Source of the DNA: Octopus sinensis
Lineage: Eukaryota
Reading direction: 5' to 3'
Length of the DNA stretch: 53,415 nucleotides
Assembly: GCF_006345805.1 (NCBI RefSeq)
Contig: NW_021833816.1
Span: forward strand, 1-53,415
Part shown: positions 24,501 through 35,319 of the stretch, in pieces
Position numbering within the stretch: position 1 is the first letter of the stretch
Layout: each line of letters starts with the position of its first letter
Notes under the pieces: generated by a model
Seen by the model: only the letters and a program-made list of their open reading frames with translations
Databases searched by the model: none
What the model was told of the DNA's origin: nothing
Translations under genes and position numbers: made by a program

Positions 24501-25214
24501 GCAATAATTACGAGAGTCTTTATTGCCATACTTATGCAGTGTTTGGGGACGGTTTGCGGTAATTGACGGAAAGATTGAGAATGGCAAAATTATTGATTGA
24601 CAACTTTTATGTAGATAAAAGATTTAAAAGAAAAATTAAAGTTTAAAAAAAGCTTAAAAGATTAGAAGAAAAATAATTCAATCTCTTCCTCATAAATAAA
24701 ATTGTGTTACAAAGAATGAAAATTTTAATTAAAAATAGGATTAAATTCAATTTTCAAAATTTCAAAATAAGTAGAATATACAGATTGAAGGAATAAACTT
24801 ACAAATATTACAAAATGATGAAATTTCAGATAATTTAACCATTAAAAGAAACTACATCGCGAAATATCCCTTCTGAATCCAATTAAATAAAAATAAGATC
24901 GACCAATAATGTAAAACAAAACAACAAGGTATGTCAACCACGTGTTTACACGGGCATAATTTATTAGGTTTTCTATTAATAATTGGATAACCAAAAATTA
25001 AGATAATTTATAATGATGAAAACAAACATTATTTTAATTAAAACATAATTCTATCTAATAGCTTATAAACAGTGTACATATTAGAGCGCATATTTCTGCA
25101 ATGCTCCAGATAGCTGAAAAGGATACAAGAAGTGCGATCAAGATTGTTGAACTTAAGTTGTTGCATACTTCTTTGAAAGATTTATGAAAAAGTGGTCTGT
25201 TGAGAGACCTACTA

Positions 25215-25330
25215 CCAACCTACTATAAACATCGATGACTATTAAAATCCATTTTTAATTATTATTTACGACTGAAAACTTTTTTAGATCTACAAGATCT
25301 AGCTGAAACCTTTCATTCGAGAGAAGCAAA
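25215..25330 (-). mobile_element. KRBA2-like integrase core fragment
   Basis: ERFQLDLVDLKKF..KWILIVIDVYSR, similar to ~19990-20030. Confidence 0.65.
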
Positions 25331-25609
25331 AAAATATGATGATTCAGAGTGTGAAGGACCAGGCAAGGATGGCTTGTATTCTGTGGAGAATGCAGGGTTT
25401 TGTGTATAAAAGTTTAGTTTGTATTTTTTTAAGATTAGTGAGAAATGTAAAAGAAGAAGTCCCACTAAAGTCAAAGATTTGCGTTAATATAAGAAAATTT
25501 GCAATTAATGTTGTACAAGACCACATTGGACGTATTTCAAATTGAATTAATTTTTATTTATTGGATTTTATATATTTTTAAATAATTTTTTCGTAATCGT
25601 TATATTAAA

Positions 25610-26300
25610 ATGTCTAAGTATATATTGTGGGTCGGGCTCCATTGGAATATTGCACATTTTATGGGTCTCATCAAAGTACACAGTGAGTAATTTAAAATAC
25701 ATCATGGTAGGGAATGACTGATTTGTGGCCACTAAAAAATGTCATACCTAGGCATGTAACTATAATGTTAGAATAAGATTTGTGCAGAGCTTTAAACTGA
25801 TAAGACGTGCAAATGCATTTACATTCATGACATTAAATGTGTTGTCTGGTATTTTCTGTACTGAGTTTCAGATACAGTAACTGGTATTAGATAAAATGCT
25901 GATTACAAATGTTTCAGTTTTGTAATTTGGAGATGGTTTGCCAAAAGAAAATGCAACGTCATGTTGAATTAAAATTAATTTTGAATGTTTCGCAACATTC
26001 TCAAATGAAATCACCGTATCTAAAGCCCTAAATGATTCTTAAAACATTTGTGTTAAGTCACAGTCACGTTGGATCACTAATTTATAGATATTAAGCTTTT
26101 CCTGATTGTTATTACTCGTAAATGAAAGTCTAAAAACAAAATAGATGGTAGCCAGGAAAGTAGTCAAAATGCTAATGGTCTGGTCAACGGCAACACCCGT
26201 CAATCCTCGCGGCTTGTACTCTTTTGGCAGGATACCGGTACTCGGATTGGTCCCGGGTGACCCTTTCCAAAAATGCTGCGATGTGTTAAGCAATACCACT
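25610..26300 (-). pseudogene. LRR-containing protein gene fragment (paralog 1)
   Basis: Collinear nucleotide similarity to 26640-27260, including an LRR-like NVNAFARL motif. Confidence 0.4.
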
Positions 26301-26419
26301 TAAATGAAGTTAATAGCAACTTGCAACCACTTTGCAAGTTTGCCTTTAATTCTGACTAGTGCATGTAACAATAAAGAAAAGCGGAAACAAGAAATATCAG
26401 AATAAATAATTAGGTTAGT

Positions 26420-27260
26420 TAATGAATACCGTTAGAATATTTTTTCAGTTACATTCACTTGGGCAGATCATATTATTAGGGATCTGGTGGTCACAGAAGT
26501 TGCAATCTATTGTGAGTATACAAACACACCATATGCTTCTTCCATAGTGAGGGTTGCCTCTTGATTTTGATATAAATTTATTTCCACACTGTTGTCGGCT
26601 AATAAGATATTTGGTTCATCCATCACTGTCGTAATTCTAATATGAGAATAACAAAGTATACAGTGTGGGTTGGGACCCGTTTGTGAACATGCACATTTTC
26701 TGGTCTTTATAAAAACTACACAGTCAGTAATTTAAAATACTAAAGCCAGACGAGACGCCTGATTTTTGGCGACTGAAAAATGGTATTTGACGGCATGTAA
26801 CTTTAATGTTAGAATAAGATTTGTACAGATGTGATAATGCGGCTAGACGTGCAAAACTATCTACATTCACGTATTGAAGGTTATCACAGTCATACAAATC
26901 TCTAATAATTCGAAATATTTAAATATACATATAGGATAATTCATCAACCCATCAAATGAGTTGTTTAGTATTTTCTTCAACGAATCTCCAACACACTTAC
27001 TAGTATTAATAAAATATTGATTACAATTTTTTCAAATTTTCTAGATGGAGAATATTTCTCCATTAGGAAATGTAACGTTTCTCTTAATGTAAATAAGTGA
27101 TGAATCTCCCGCAGCATTTCTCCATTGAAAATACAGTTGTATAAATTAAGAAATCTTTTGAAATAATCAATTCTTCAATAACCTTCCTGTCAAATCACAG
27201 TCTTTTTGGATCACTAAATGAACAAAAAGTAGGACAAATGGAAGCATTTTAATTAATGCT
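26420..27260 (-). pseudogene. LRR-containing protein gene fragment (paralog 2)
   Basis: ILNNSFDGLMN and VNVDSFARL LRR-like motifs, a Cys cluster, and LRRNT-like ICPSECN* near 26445-26470. Confidence 0.4.
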
Positions 27261-28024
27261 GATATTTATTGTCAATAAACTCAGTGGTTAGACATTGAAT
27301 TGATATATTTATTAAACTGTTTTTTAATATATATTTACTTTGCACGTATATTTCGAGGCGTAATGAAAACAATATTTTTTAATCCTGGTTGTACAAATAT
27401 TTCACCTCTCGAGCATTTTGGAGACAATAACTGAACACTTCTATCAAATCAGTAGATAAATCACAATTATTTATAAATTGAACAGGAATTGGTAACTAAT
27501 ACTATTTATTAAAGATACCGCAAATAAGAAAATTTTTGAACTTATATAATGATAAGTCAATGACAAGCACATTATCTGTATAAATCCTCTCCCTAAATCA
27601 AAATCTTTAGAAAAGTGAGAAAACTGTGAATAAACATGAAAAAAACAACGAATGTGGACAAAAGGATATTAACTGCAATTGAGAGACTAATCCTGGGAAA
27701 TGTTGAGAATTAACATGAAGTTCTCTAATTTCTTTATAAGAAAGTAAAAAGGAAAGAAATAAAAAAATAAGAATTGAATTTTGATTCAATACAACCTACT
27801 ACGTTTTAAGTAAATTATGGCATTAAAAAATTATTGCTCATTGTTTTTCAAAATTATTGATTTTATTTTTTCAAACTGACCAAGAAATTATAAGAAAAAA
27901 AATATGGTCAATTTGCAAAGATCGAATGTATTTTTTTGTTAAAAGTTATAAAAATATAAAAAAAAACAAATGTTGATTCCATTTTTTAGATTGCTTCAAC
28001 ATATCTTTCTATCGTTTGATCACA

Positions 28025-28368
28025 TACTGGAGAAATGATCAAGTATGCACTAAGCAAATTGACAGCCACAATTACGAACATTTTCAATATGGTATTTGAG
28101 ACACATTCACCTTTGAAACTTGGGGATGGAATTTAATTCCTTTACATAAACCAGGACATTTCCAGTGCGTTTGACACTGTCAATAGGAAATCGTTGTTGG
28201 ACGTTATTGGGAGTTTTCTTGATGAAGATAGCACTAGGCTTGTCCGTTTCCTACTTTCTAATACCGAATTAACTGTACGGGTTAGAAACGAGTTATCAAA
28301 TTCTTTCGGGACAACAATTGGAACACTTCAGGAGGATTCTTATCTCCGGTTCTATTCATAGTGTACCT
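28025..28368 (+). mobile_element. Non-LTR RT fragment with internal deletion
   Basis: IPLHKPG | DISSAFDTVNR..LLSNT..GTLQ.DS.SPVLFIVYL. Confidence 0.7.
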
Positions 28369-28529
28369 TATTAAACTGTTTTTGTTAATATATTTAAATT
28401 TCAAATTAGTATCAGTTAATTTCAATTTTTATATTTTTTAAATCTTTGAAAACTAAATTATTATATTTCTGGAGTGTATCAAAAGATGTTTTTTGCGTGA
28501 AATTTTCTAACTGCCGTTTTTTAAATTTA

Positions 28530-30263
28530 CAGTCCGACCCCCAAATGGGGCACCAAGTGCCCCAAAATGCGGGGGTGCCCCAAAAACAGGGGTTTGTTAT
28601 TTTTTAAAAATTAAACCATTAATAAACATCAAAAAACATTTTTACTAAAATATTCAGTTATTTCTTTTTATTTGTAGAGTTTTGTCTGATATTGTTCGTC
28701 AATTTCAGCCGAAAATCAAAAAAAATCTCGGAGCATACTTGGTGCAACATTAGAAATTTTTCTTCTAAATTGTTAAGCAGATCTTTTGTTTTTGCTACGA
28801 CATTTTCACTATTTTCGGTTTCTGAATATGTATCATAAACATTATTGTTCATGTCTTCGCATTCTCCATCAATTGTTTCGTTAACAACTTGATCTAAATG
28901 TTCATCTGTTAGACAGTTTTTTGTTGCATAAGAATCACGGTTCCTGTCGATTTTCTTCCAACAATTAACAATACTTTTAGCATCTATTTTCTCCCATCCT
29001 TTTGAAATTAGCATCATAACCTGACGCAAATTTAATTTACCAATAGAATGTGTAAAATCGTTTTCGAAATCTTGAAAACATAAAATTCCATTAAGAAAGA
29101 GGAATAATAATCTTAAAAATCTTGATTATTCCCATATCCAAAGGTTGTAAATAGGGCGTTGTATTTTTCGGCAAAAATAAAAATTCGATGTTCGAACATT
29201 CGGCAGTTTTATGGCATCCCGCCATTGTCAAGTATTAATAATATTTTTCTGTTGTTTTTGCAAAACGATTCATTTATAAGTGTAAGCCAACTCATAAAAG
29301 TCTTTCCAGTCATCCATGCATTTTGAGAAGATGAATACATAACCCAAAATCTTGAACATCAAAATTTTTTAGACACCGAGGTTTTTTATATTTTCCAATA
29401 ATCAATGGATTAAGTTTTTCCCCGATTAAACTGCAGCATAGAAGAAACAGTGAGTCTTTCTTTCCCTTGTTTATAATCAAAACACGGTTCGCCTTGTTCA
29501 ACAATGATTTTTGAGGAGTTCTTTTTATAAAAAGCGCAGTTTCATCACAAATTAAATATATTCTCAGGTCCATATTTTAATACTTTCTGGTCATATTTTT
29601 CAAAATAATTTTTCACATAAGATAAATCACATGAAGCTTTTTCACCACATATTGACTTGAATTGAAGTTCATGCCGCAATTAAATCTATCAAGCCACCCA
29701 TTGGAAGCTTTAAAAGAAGTAAATCCAATTTTTGAAGCTGTAACTAAGGCAATTTTTTTCAAAATAGGGCCTGAAATCGGAATTTTATCTACGCGTAGTC
29801 TTTGAAATATTTCAAAGACTTGATCATCAAATTTATCTTTATCGGCTTTAAATGTGTCATATTCCTCAGAAATAGTATTGCCCGTGTTGCAAGAAAGGTA
29901 CAATATTTCGTTTTATTCTTGATATTGTTCCTTTACTTGGTGTACTTTTTCATTAGTTGCCTCTCAGATAAATTTTCTTCAAAATTTCTTTAGCAATCTT
30001 CAATTTAGTTTCGTAATCCATAACCACAACAATAAAAATATAAATTGAAAATAAAACAAAAAATAATTAATTTATTATAATTTTATTTTATTTTTAATTC
30101 CTTATAAATGATTTTATGGTGCCCAAAAATTCCATAATTTTTATCGATTTTTATTTTTTTTTCTGCCAAAATGTACTTTTGGAATAAAGTGCCCCAAATT
30201 GCGGGGGTGCCCCAAAATCCGAGGGTGCCCCACCCCTGGGTCTGCCCATTTGGGGTCGGACTG
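28530..30263 (-). mobile_element. pogo/Tigger element A, both TIRs and TA TSD, decayed transposase
   Basis: TA|CAGTCCGACCCCCAAATGGG ... CCCATTTGGGGTCGGACTG|TA. Motifs: IPISGPILK..FKASNGWLDRF, CDETALF, QPLDMG, CWKK. Confidence 0.93.
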
Positions 30264-30379
30264 TATTGAGCTTAGTAAATTTATCTGTTATATTCTAATA
30301 GTTTGTTTATTATATTTCTATTGAAGTTATTCACTTTATTTTCAGGATCATCAAATGGAATGTTTAGTTGAAAAAACGT

Positions 30380-30850
30380 GCATTTTCGACACCTTCTCTC
30401 TTTCACGATCTGGCCGCCCAACTGAAATTGATGAAGGACAGTTAAATTAACTTTTGCCTGAAGATCAGGCAAACAAAAGAGAATTGGCAGAAAAGATGAA
30501 CTGTCCTCACACGTGTATAGAGAATCGTCTTTACCAAATGGGAAGTAAAAATCTTCTTTTATTGCATGACAATATCTGTCCTCATATCGTAAAAATAACC
30601 AAGAAAACTTTTCAAACACGGCTGAGAGTGCTGCTGTACTCGCCCTATCTGGCAACTGCAGATTTTCGCTTTTTTAGGTCACTTTCCAATACTAAGCGTG
30701 GGTTTTTGTTCAACAACAAAGCATAATTGAAAGCTTGGTTAGACAGATTTTTTGAGTTAAAAACAAGATTTTTATTACAAAGTATTGAGAAACTTGTTGA
30801 ACACTGGGGGAAAAATTATTGACACGAATGGAGAATAAATCATTGATTAA
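30380..30850 (+). mobile_element. mariner transposase remnant, internally deleted
   Basis: RELAEKMNC..RLYQMG | LLLHDNICPH..YSPYLATADFRFFRSLSN. Confidence 0.8.
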
Positions 30851-31530
30851 ATAGTTTTTAGTTCTTATTTTTAACTAGCTCGGCAGCTCGCTTCGCTCAC
30901 CGCGACCTAGCTCCTGCGGAGGGCCTGTTTCATCAAACAACTATAAGTTTATGTAGATGTATAAAACTACCTGGTTTAATGTAACCCTATTCTATCGCCT
31001 GTTGATAAACGATGTTTGTCGTCCGTCCTTCCTGGCATATATGAATAAATTTTCTCTTCTGCCTACCCTCGAGCATCCCACATACAGCTGTCCATGTGAA
31101 AAAGCACTCACTCTAAAAATAACCCAACTACCTTTTGACTGTCCCTGGGCCTTGTTTATTGTCATTGCAAACTTTTTTTTTCATTTTTTGTGGTTTATTT
31201 TTTATATTTAATTTTTTCATTTTTCCTTTGTAATTCCTTTTTTTTCTTTTTTATTTTTTGTTTTTTCTGGCGGAAATGGGGCAGGGGGAGATGCGGCAGG
31301 CAAGAAAGCGACACACAAAAAAGCGACACACAAAAAAGATTTAATTAATTACCTTATTAAGCTGACCGTTTTTTCTTCAGCTTCGTTTTTCCTCCTTCGG
31401 TTATCTATTTAAAAAATTATTTTTGAATAATAAAAAAGTTTAGGAAAAGAGGCATACCGAAAATAAATTCTATCTTTACGAAACTCAAGTAAATAGTTAA
31501 TATTTTTACGCAAATTCTTCTGATTGCGCT

Positions 31531-31723
31531 GTCAATTGGTGGTAAATTGTGTTAATGGTTGTGCTAATGTGGTTTCAACTATCAAAGTGTTTTTCAAAAT
31601 CTGTTAATTGCACACTCTATTCAAGGTCGTGCGTCAATTTGTGGTAAATTGTGTTAATGATTGTGCTAATGTGGTTTCAACTATCAAAGTGGTTTTTCAA
31701 AATCTGTTAATTGCACACTCTAT
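31531..31723. repeat. Direct repeat, 2 x ~90 bp (period 102) inside the Helitron
   Basis: 31531-31620 versus 31633-31723. Confidence 0.9.
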
Positions 31724-31908
31724 GATAATAGCTTTAATTTTGATTCATGGTCGTTAATGATATATGCATTTAATTTTAAAGAGAAAAACATAGGATGAAT
31801 TGAATTTCTTTATCGCGAATAATTGGGAGTTCATCATTGTTAATATTCGCGGTCGTTTTCATCAAGGATATTCTTAATACGTGAGATTTTTGCCTGGAAA
31901 GTTTTAAT

Positions 31909-32687
31909 GGACCTCATCATGAATGTCGAGGACATCCGCGTTGTTCATTTTAACCAAAATGCAGAAATTTTTTTTTAATTTTTTTGGGGGGGAAGGTTTA
32001 AGGACTTCATCATGTAAGTCGAGGACATTGTAGTTGTTCATTTTAACCAAAATGCAGAAATTTTTTTTTTATTTTTTTTGGGGGGGAAGGTTTTAAGGAC
32101 TTCATCATGTAAGTCGAGAGGAATTGTAGTTGTTCATTTTAACCAAAATGCAGAAAATTTTTTTTTAATTTTTTTTGGGGGAAGGTTTTAAGGACTTCAT
32201 CATGTAAGTCGAGGACATTGTAGTTGTTCATTCTAACCAAAATGCAGAAAATTTTTTTTTAATTTTTTTGGGGGGGAAGGTTTTAAGGACTTCATCATGT
32301 AAGTCGAGGACATTGTAGTTGTTCATTTTAACCAAAATGCAGAAAATTTTTTTTAATTTTTTTGGGGGGAAGGTTTTAAGGACTCATCATGTAAGTCGAG
32401 GACATTGTAGTTGTCATTTTAACAAAATGCAGAAAATTTTTTTTTTAATTTTTTGGGGGGGAAGGTTTTAAGGACTTCATCATGTAAGTCGAGGACATTG
32501 TAGTTGTTCATTTTAACCAAATGCAGAAAATTTTTTTTAATTTTTTGGGGGGGAAGGTTTTAAGGACCTCATCATGTAAGTCGAGGACATCGTAGTTGTT
32601 CATTTTGACCAAAACGCAGAAAAATTTTTTTAATTTTTTTTGGGGGGAAGGTTTTAAGGACCTCATCATGTAAGTCGGACATCGTAT
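31909..32687. repeat. Tandem array of eight full ~92-95 bp units plus a partial unit
   Basis: Units start at 31909, 32002, 32097, 32192, 32287, 32380, 32472, 32564 and 32658 (GGACYTCATCATGTAAGTCGAGG...GGAAGGTTTTAA). Confidence 0.97.
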
Positions 32688-32707
32688 TGCCAATTTGAAG
32701 TTGGTGT

Positions 32708-32776
32708 GACACACAGACAGACAGACAGACAGACAGACACACAGACAGACACACAGACAGACAGACAGACACACAC
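32708..32776. repeat. (GACA/CACA)n microsatellite
   Basis: Directly visible in the sequence. Confidence 0.97.
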
Positions 32777-33399
32777 CATACCATTTTATTATTAAGATTT
32801 AATTTCAGTTAATTATTGCATCTTGTTCTAAATTGCGCATAAAGTCTATTAGGAATTTGTGTAATATACTTTAAAATATTTTATTATACACATATCTAAA
32901 CGTTGAATCACAAATGTTGTGTTTTTCTGAAGAAAGAACAATTTAACATTTGATAATTCAATAACATTATTCATTATTAACTGTATTTTTTATCTTGTGA
33001 AAGTCGTCGTCAATCTTTGAAAATCACATTTTGAAGATTTCTCTATTCATCCAAGAATTTTTGAAACTGCATAAAATACTGAATTTTTACAATCCAAATA
33101 TATGTTAAAATATAAAAAGCTAACTTTTCATACAACAAAGTGATTTGTATTTTCCAATAACATTCGGTCTTACGTTATTTCCTGTTGCATTACATAGATC
33201 TGAAATTCTCTCTTTACAAACAAATCCTCAATCTTCCGCAAGTTTGACAGTATTACCGGAAAAACCGGATCTACAGAAAAACGTGGATAAGATCCTTGGA
33301 GTTTATTTACACGGTAAATTAACGGAAAAAACGTGAATTAAAACTAAATTATATTTTTTTATTATGTGCGAATGCTTTAAATATTTGAATAGTATAATA

Positions 33400-34290
33400 A
33401 ATGAATTTCATGGCGACTTTTCGGACATTACTTGATGAATTAATTTTGATATAATATTGAGTGCAATGTTAAAAAACGCCGCATTTTTCAAAATAATTAG
33501 GTTCTGATTGATAGACACAATTGGGAATTTAAAAGAAATTCAACGTCTTCCAGCTAGAAAAAACTCGTCTGCTAAAAACTCGTAACTTCTAGTTTTTGCT
33601 AAAAATATTCCCAGACTAAAAATTAACTTCAAAGCTATAAAAATTAAATTATTTTGACACAAGAACATCTTTTTCTCAGAAAATGAAAGAGATTTTGCGG
33701 AAAAATATGACATTCCAATATCTTTTGACTGGAGAGAAAAATGTAGTTACAAATGTTAAAAATCAGCTTAATTGTAGATCATACTATATATTTGGCACAG
33801 TTTGTAAATAAATATTACTCTCCAGATTGCCAGTCTAAAAGGTCAATATGCGATTAAGCATGGCAAGTTGGTTAGTTTTAGTGAACAAAACGTGCTTGAT
33901 TGCTGTGAGTATTGTGAGTGTAAAGGCGGACGGGGAAGATACGTTTTTAAATATATCATTAATAATGGGGGAATCAGCACAACTGAGCAGTATCCTTATC
34001 TTGGAATGGTTTATAAAAAAAGAATGCAGATATAAAAACAATCCAATTGTGATCACAGATTATGTTGATGCTTACTATTCCGAATCAAAGACATTAAGAA
34101 CTTTGCTGAAAATTGGTCCTATTGGGACTACAATTTATATTCCAAGATATTTTCATTTTTATTCAGGAGGTATAAGTGTGTAGCATTATGAGAAACTTTG
34201 ATGATCATAAGTGTGAATACTCACATTTAGCGTGTCTCGTTGGATTGGCCTACAATGCCCAATCAGCCTGACCAGGACAAGTGCATCAAT
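33400..34290 (+). pseudogene. Cathepsin L-like papain-family (C1A) gene with I29 prodomain, catalytic Cys replaced, 3' truncated
   Basis: RRIFQNN..IDRHN, IPISFDWRE, VKNQLNCRSYYIF, SFSEQNVLDC, CKGG, QYPY, GPI, SHLACLVG. Intron 33800-33825. Confidence 0.8.
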
Positions 34291-34299
34291 TCGACAGGA

Positions 34300-35259
34300 T
34301 TCAAAGAATAATCAACTGATCCACGTGATGTTGACTAAAATACCCAATTCGGAGACCGTGATTCACCACCAGGGTCCCCGATGTTGAATGATCCACGTGA
34401 TGTTGACTGCAACATTTTATCTTGCTTTGCACTAATGATGCTCTTTTGGCATTATAACGAAATCGATCGATAAATTCATAATAAATTTTGGCGCCATTTT
34501 TAAACTTGAGTGGTTTTCCGAAGTGCTTGTTGTGACTCAAATTCTTTTTGCTGGTTAACCAAATCTCTTTCCCGCGTTTTCGTGAATGTTTCATAATCAC
34601 CCTTGTAGTGAACCAGCTTCAAGTCCTTCATCAAATAAATGTCAGTGGCCACGTTGTTTAGGAACGTTCTGTCGTGGGAAATGACCAAAAGAGTGCAAGG
34701 CCATGTCCTCAAGTACTCCTCCAGCCAAACCACAGCCCTCAAGTCCAGCATATTCGTGGACTCGTCCAGTAATAACAGTCCTGGCCTGAGAATATCCCAC
34801 TAAGCATTTACTTGACAAGCAGAGCTCTCGCCAAGGCAATTCTCATCCTCCAACCACCAGAAAACTCCCCCGTGACTGAAACCCAGGCCCGGGCTGGGGC
34901 TGTATGTGCTCCAATGGCCTCCAATTCTGCAGCCACTCTACTCATTTCGAGGTAGGAGGTGTTTTCGAGTTTGACTTGCTGTTCTAACAGATTTGACCTC
35001 TCCGTGTCAGAGAGAGTCGAGCACACAGTCGATCACTGCTGTTGTCTCCAGAGACTTCCTGCTCAGCATGCAGCATTGAGACATGACCAGAAAATTGTAA
35101 ATCTCGTCTATAAATATATTTAGTTATTTATATTGATTTAAATATAAATAAATTGTATTTAAAATATGTTCTTGTGTGACCACGTTTAATTAATACATTG
35201 CAATGGCCTTCATTAGAGTAGTCTTCCCCACACCATTCCTCCCAACCATATCTCCTTCC
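34300..35259 (-). pseudogene. ABCF3: ABC-F family (ABCF3/GCN20) fragment with deletions
   Basis: GRNGVGKTTL, FSGGWRMRIALARAL, LLLDESTNMLD, LVISHDRTFL, FIDRFRYNAKRASLVQSK, GYFSQHHVDQL. 26-nt intron at 34786-34811. Confidence 0.85.
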
Positions 35260-35319
35260 CTGCAGAAAAAGGAACTTTAGTAAAAGTACAAAATTCGTGG
35301 ACGCTGAGGTTTAGACTGA

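Larger units (their letters stand above)
30875..32797 (-). mobile_element. Non-autonomous Helitron
   Basis: Minus strand: A|TCTTAATAATAAAATG 5' end followed by a (GTCT/GTGT)n microsatellite. 3' end GCGAAGC mini-hairpin then CTAG|T. A|T insertion site. Confidence 0.8.

Noticed and set aside
30878-30898. U6 snRNA-like words (GCTCGCTTCG, CGGCAGC)
   Set aside because: The words are in the wrong order and no further U6 sequence follows. They are part of the Helitron 3' hairpin.
31909-32687. CRISPR-like array
   Set aside because: Whole units repeat with no unique spacers, there are no cas genes, and the context is a eukaryotic Helitron.
32508-32784. ORFs MCLSVCLC... and MVWCVSVC...
   Set aside because: Translations of the microsatellite and tandem array.
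2732-33520. Stop-codon reassignment suggested by in-frame stops in host genes and a TTA triplet in the tRNA-like sequence at 5416-5487
   Set aside because: The stops replace different residues (Trp, Cys, others) and use all three codons. The tRNA-like anticodon stem does not pair, and long ORFs end at standard stops.
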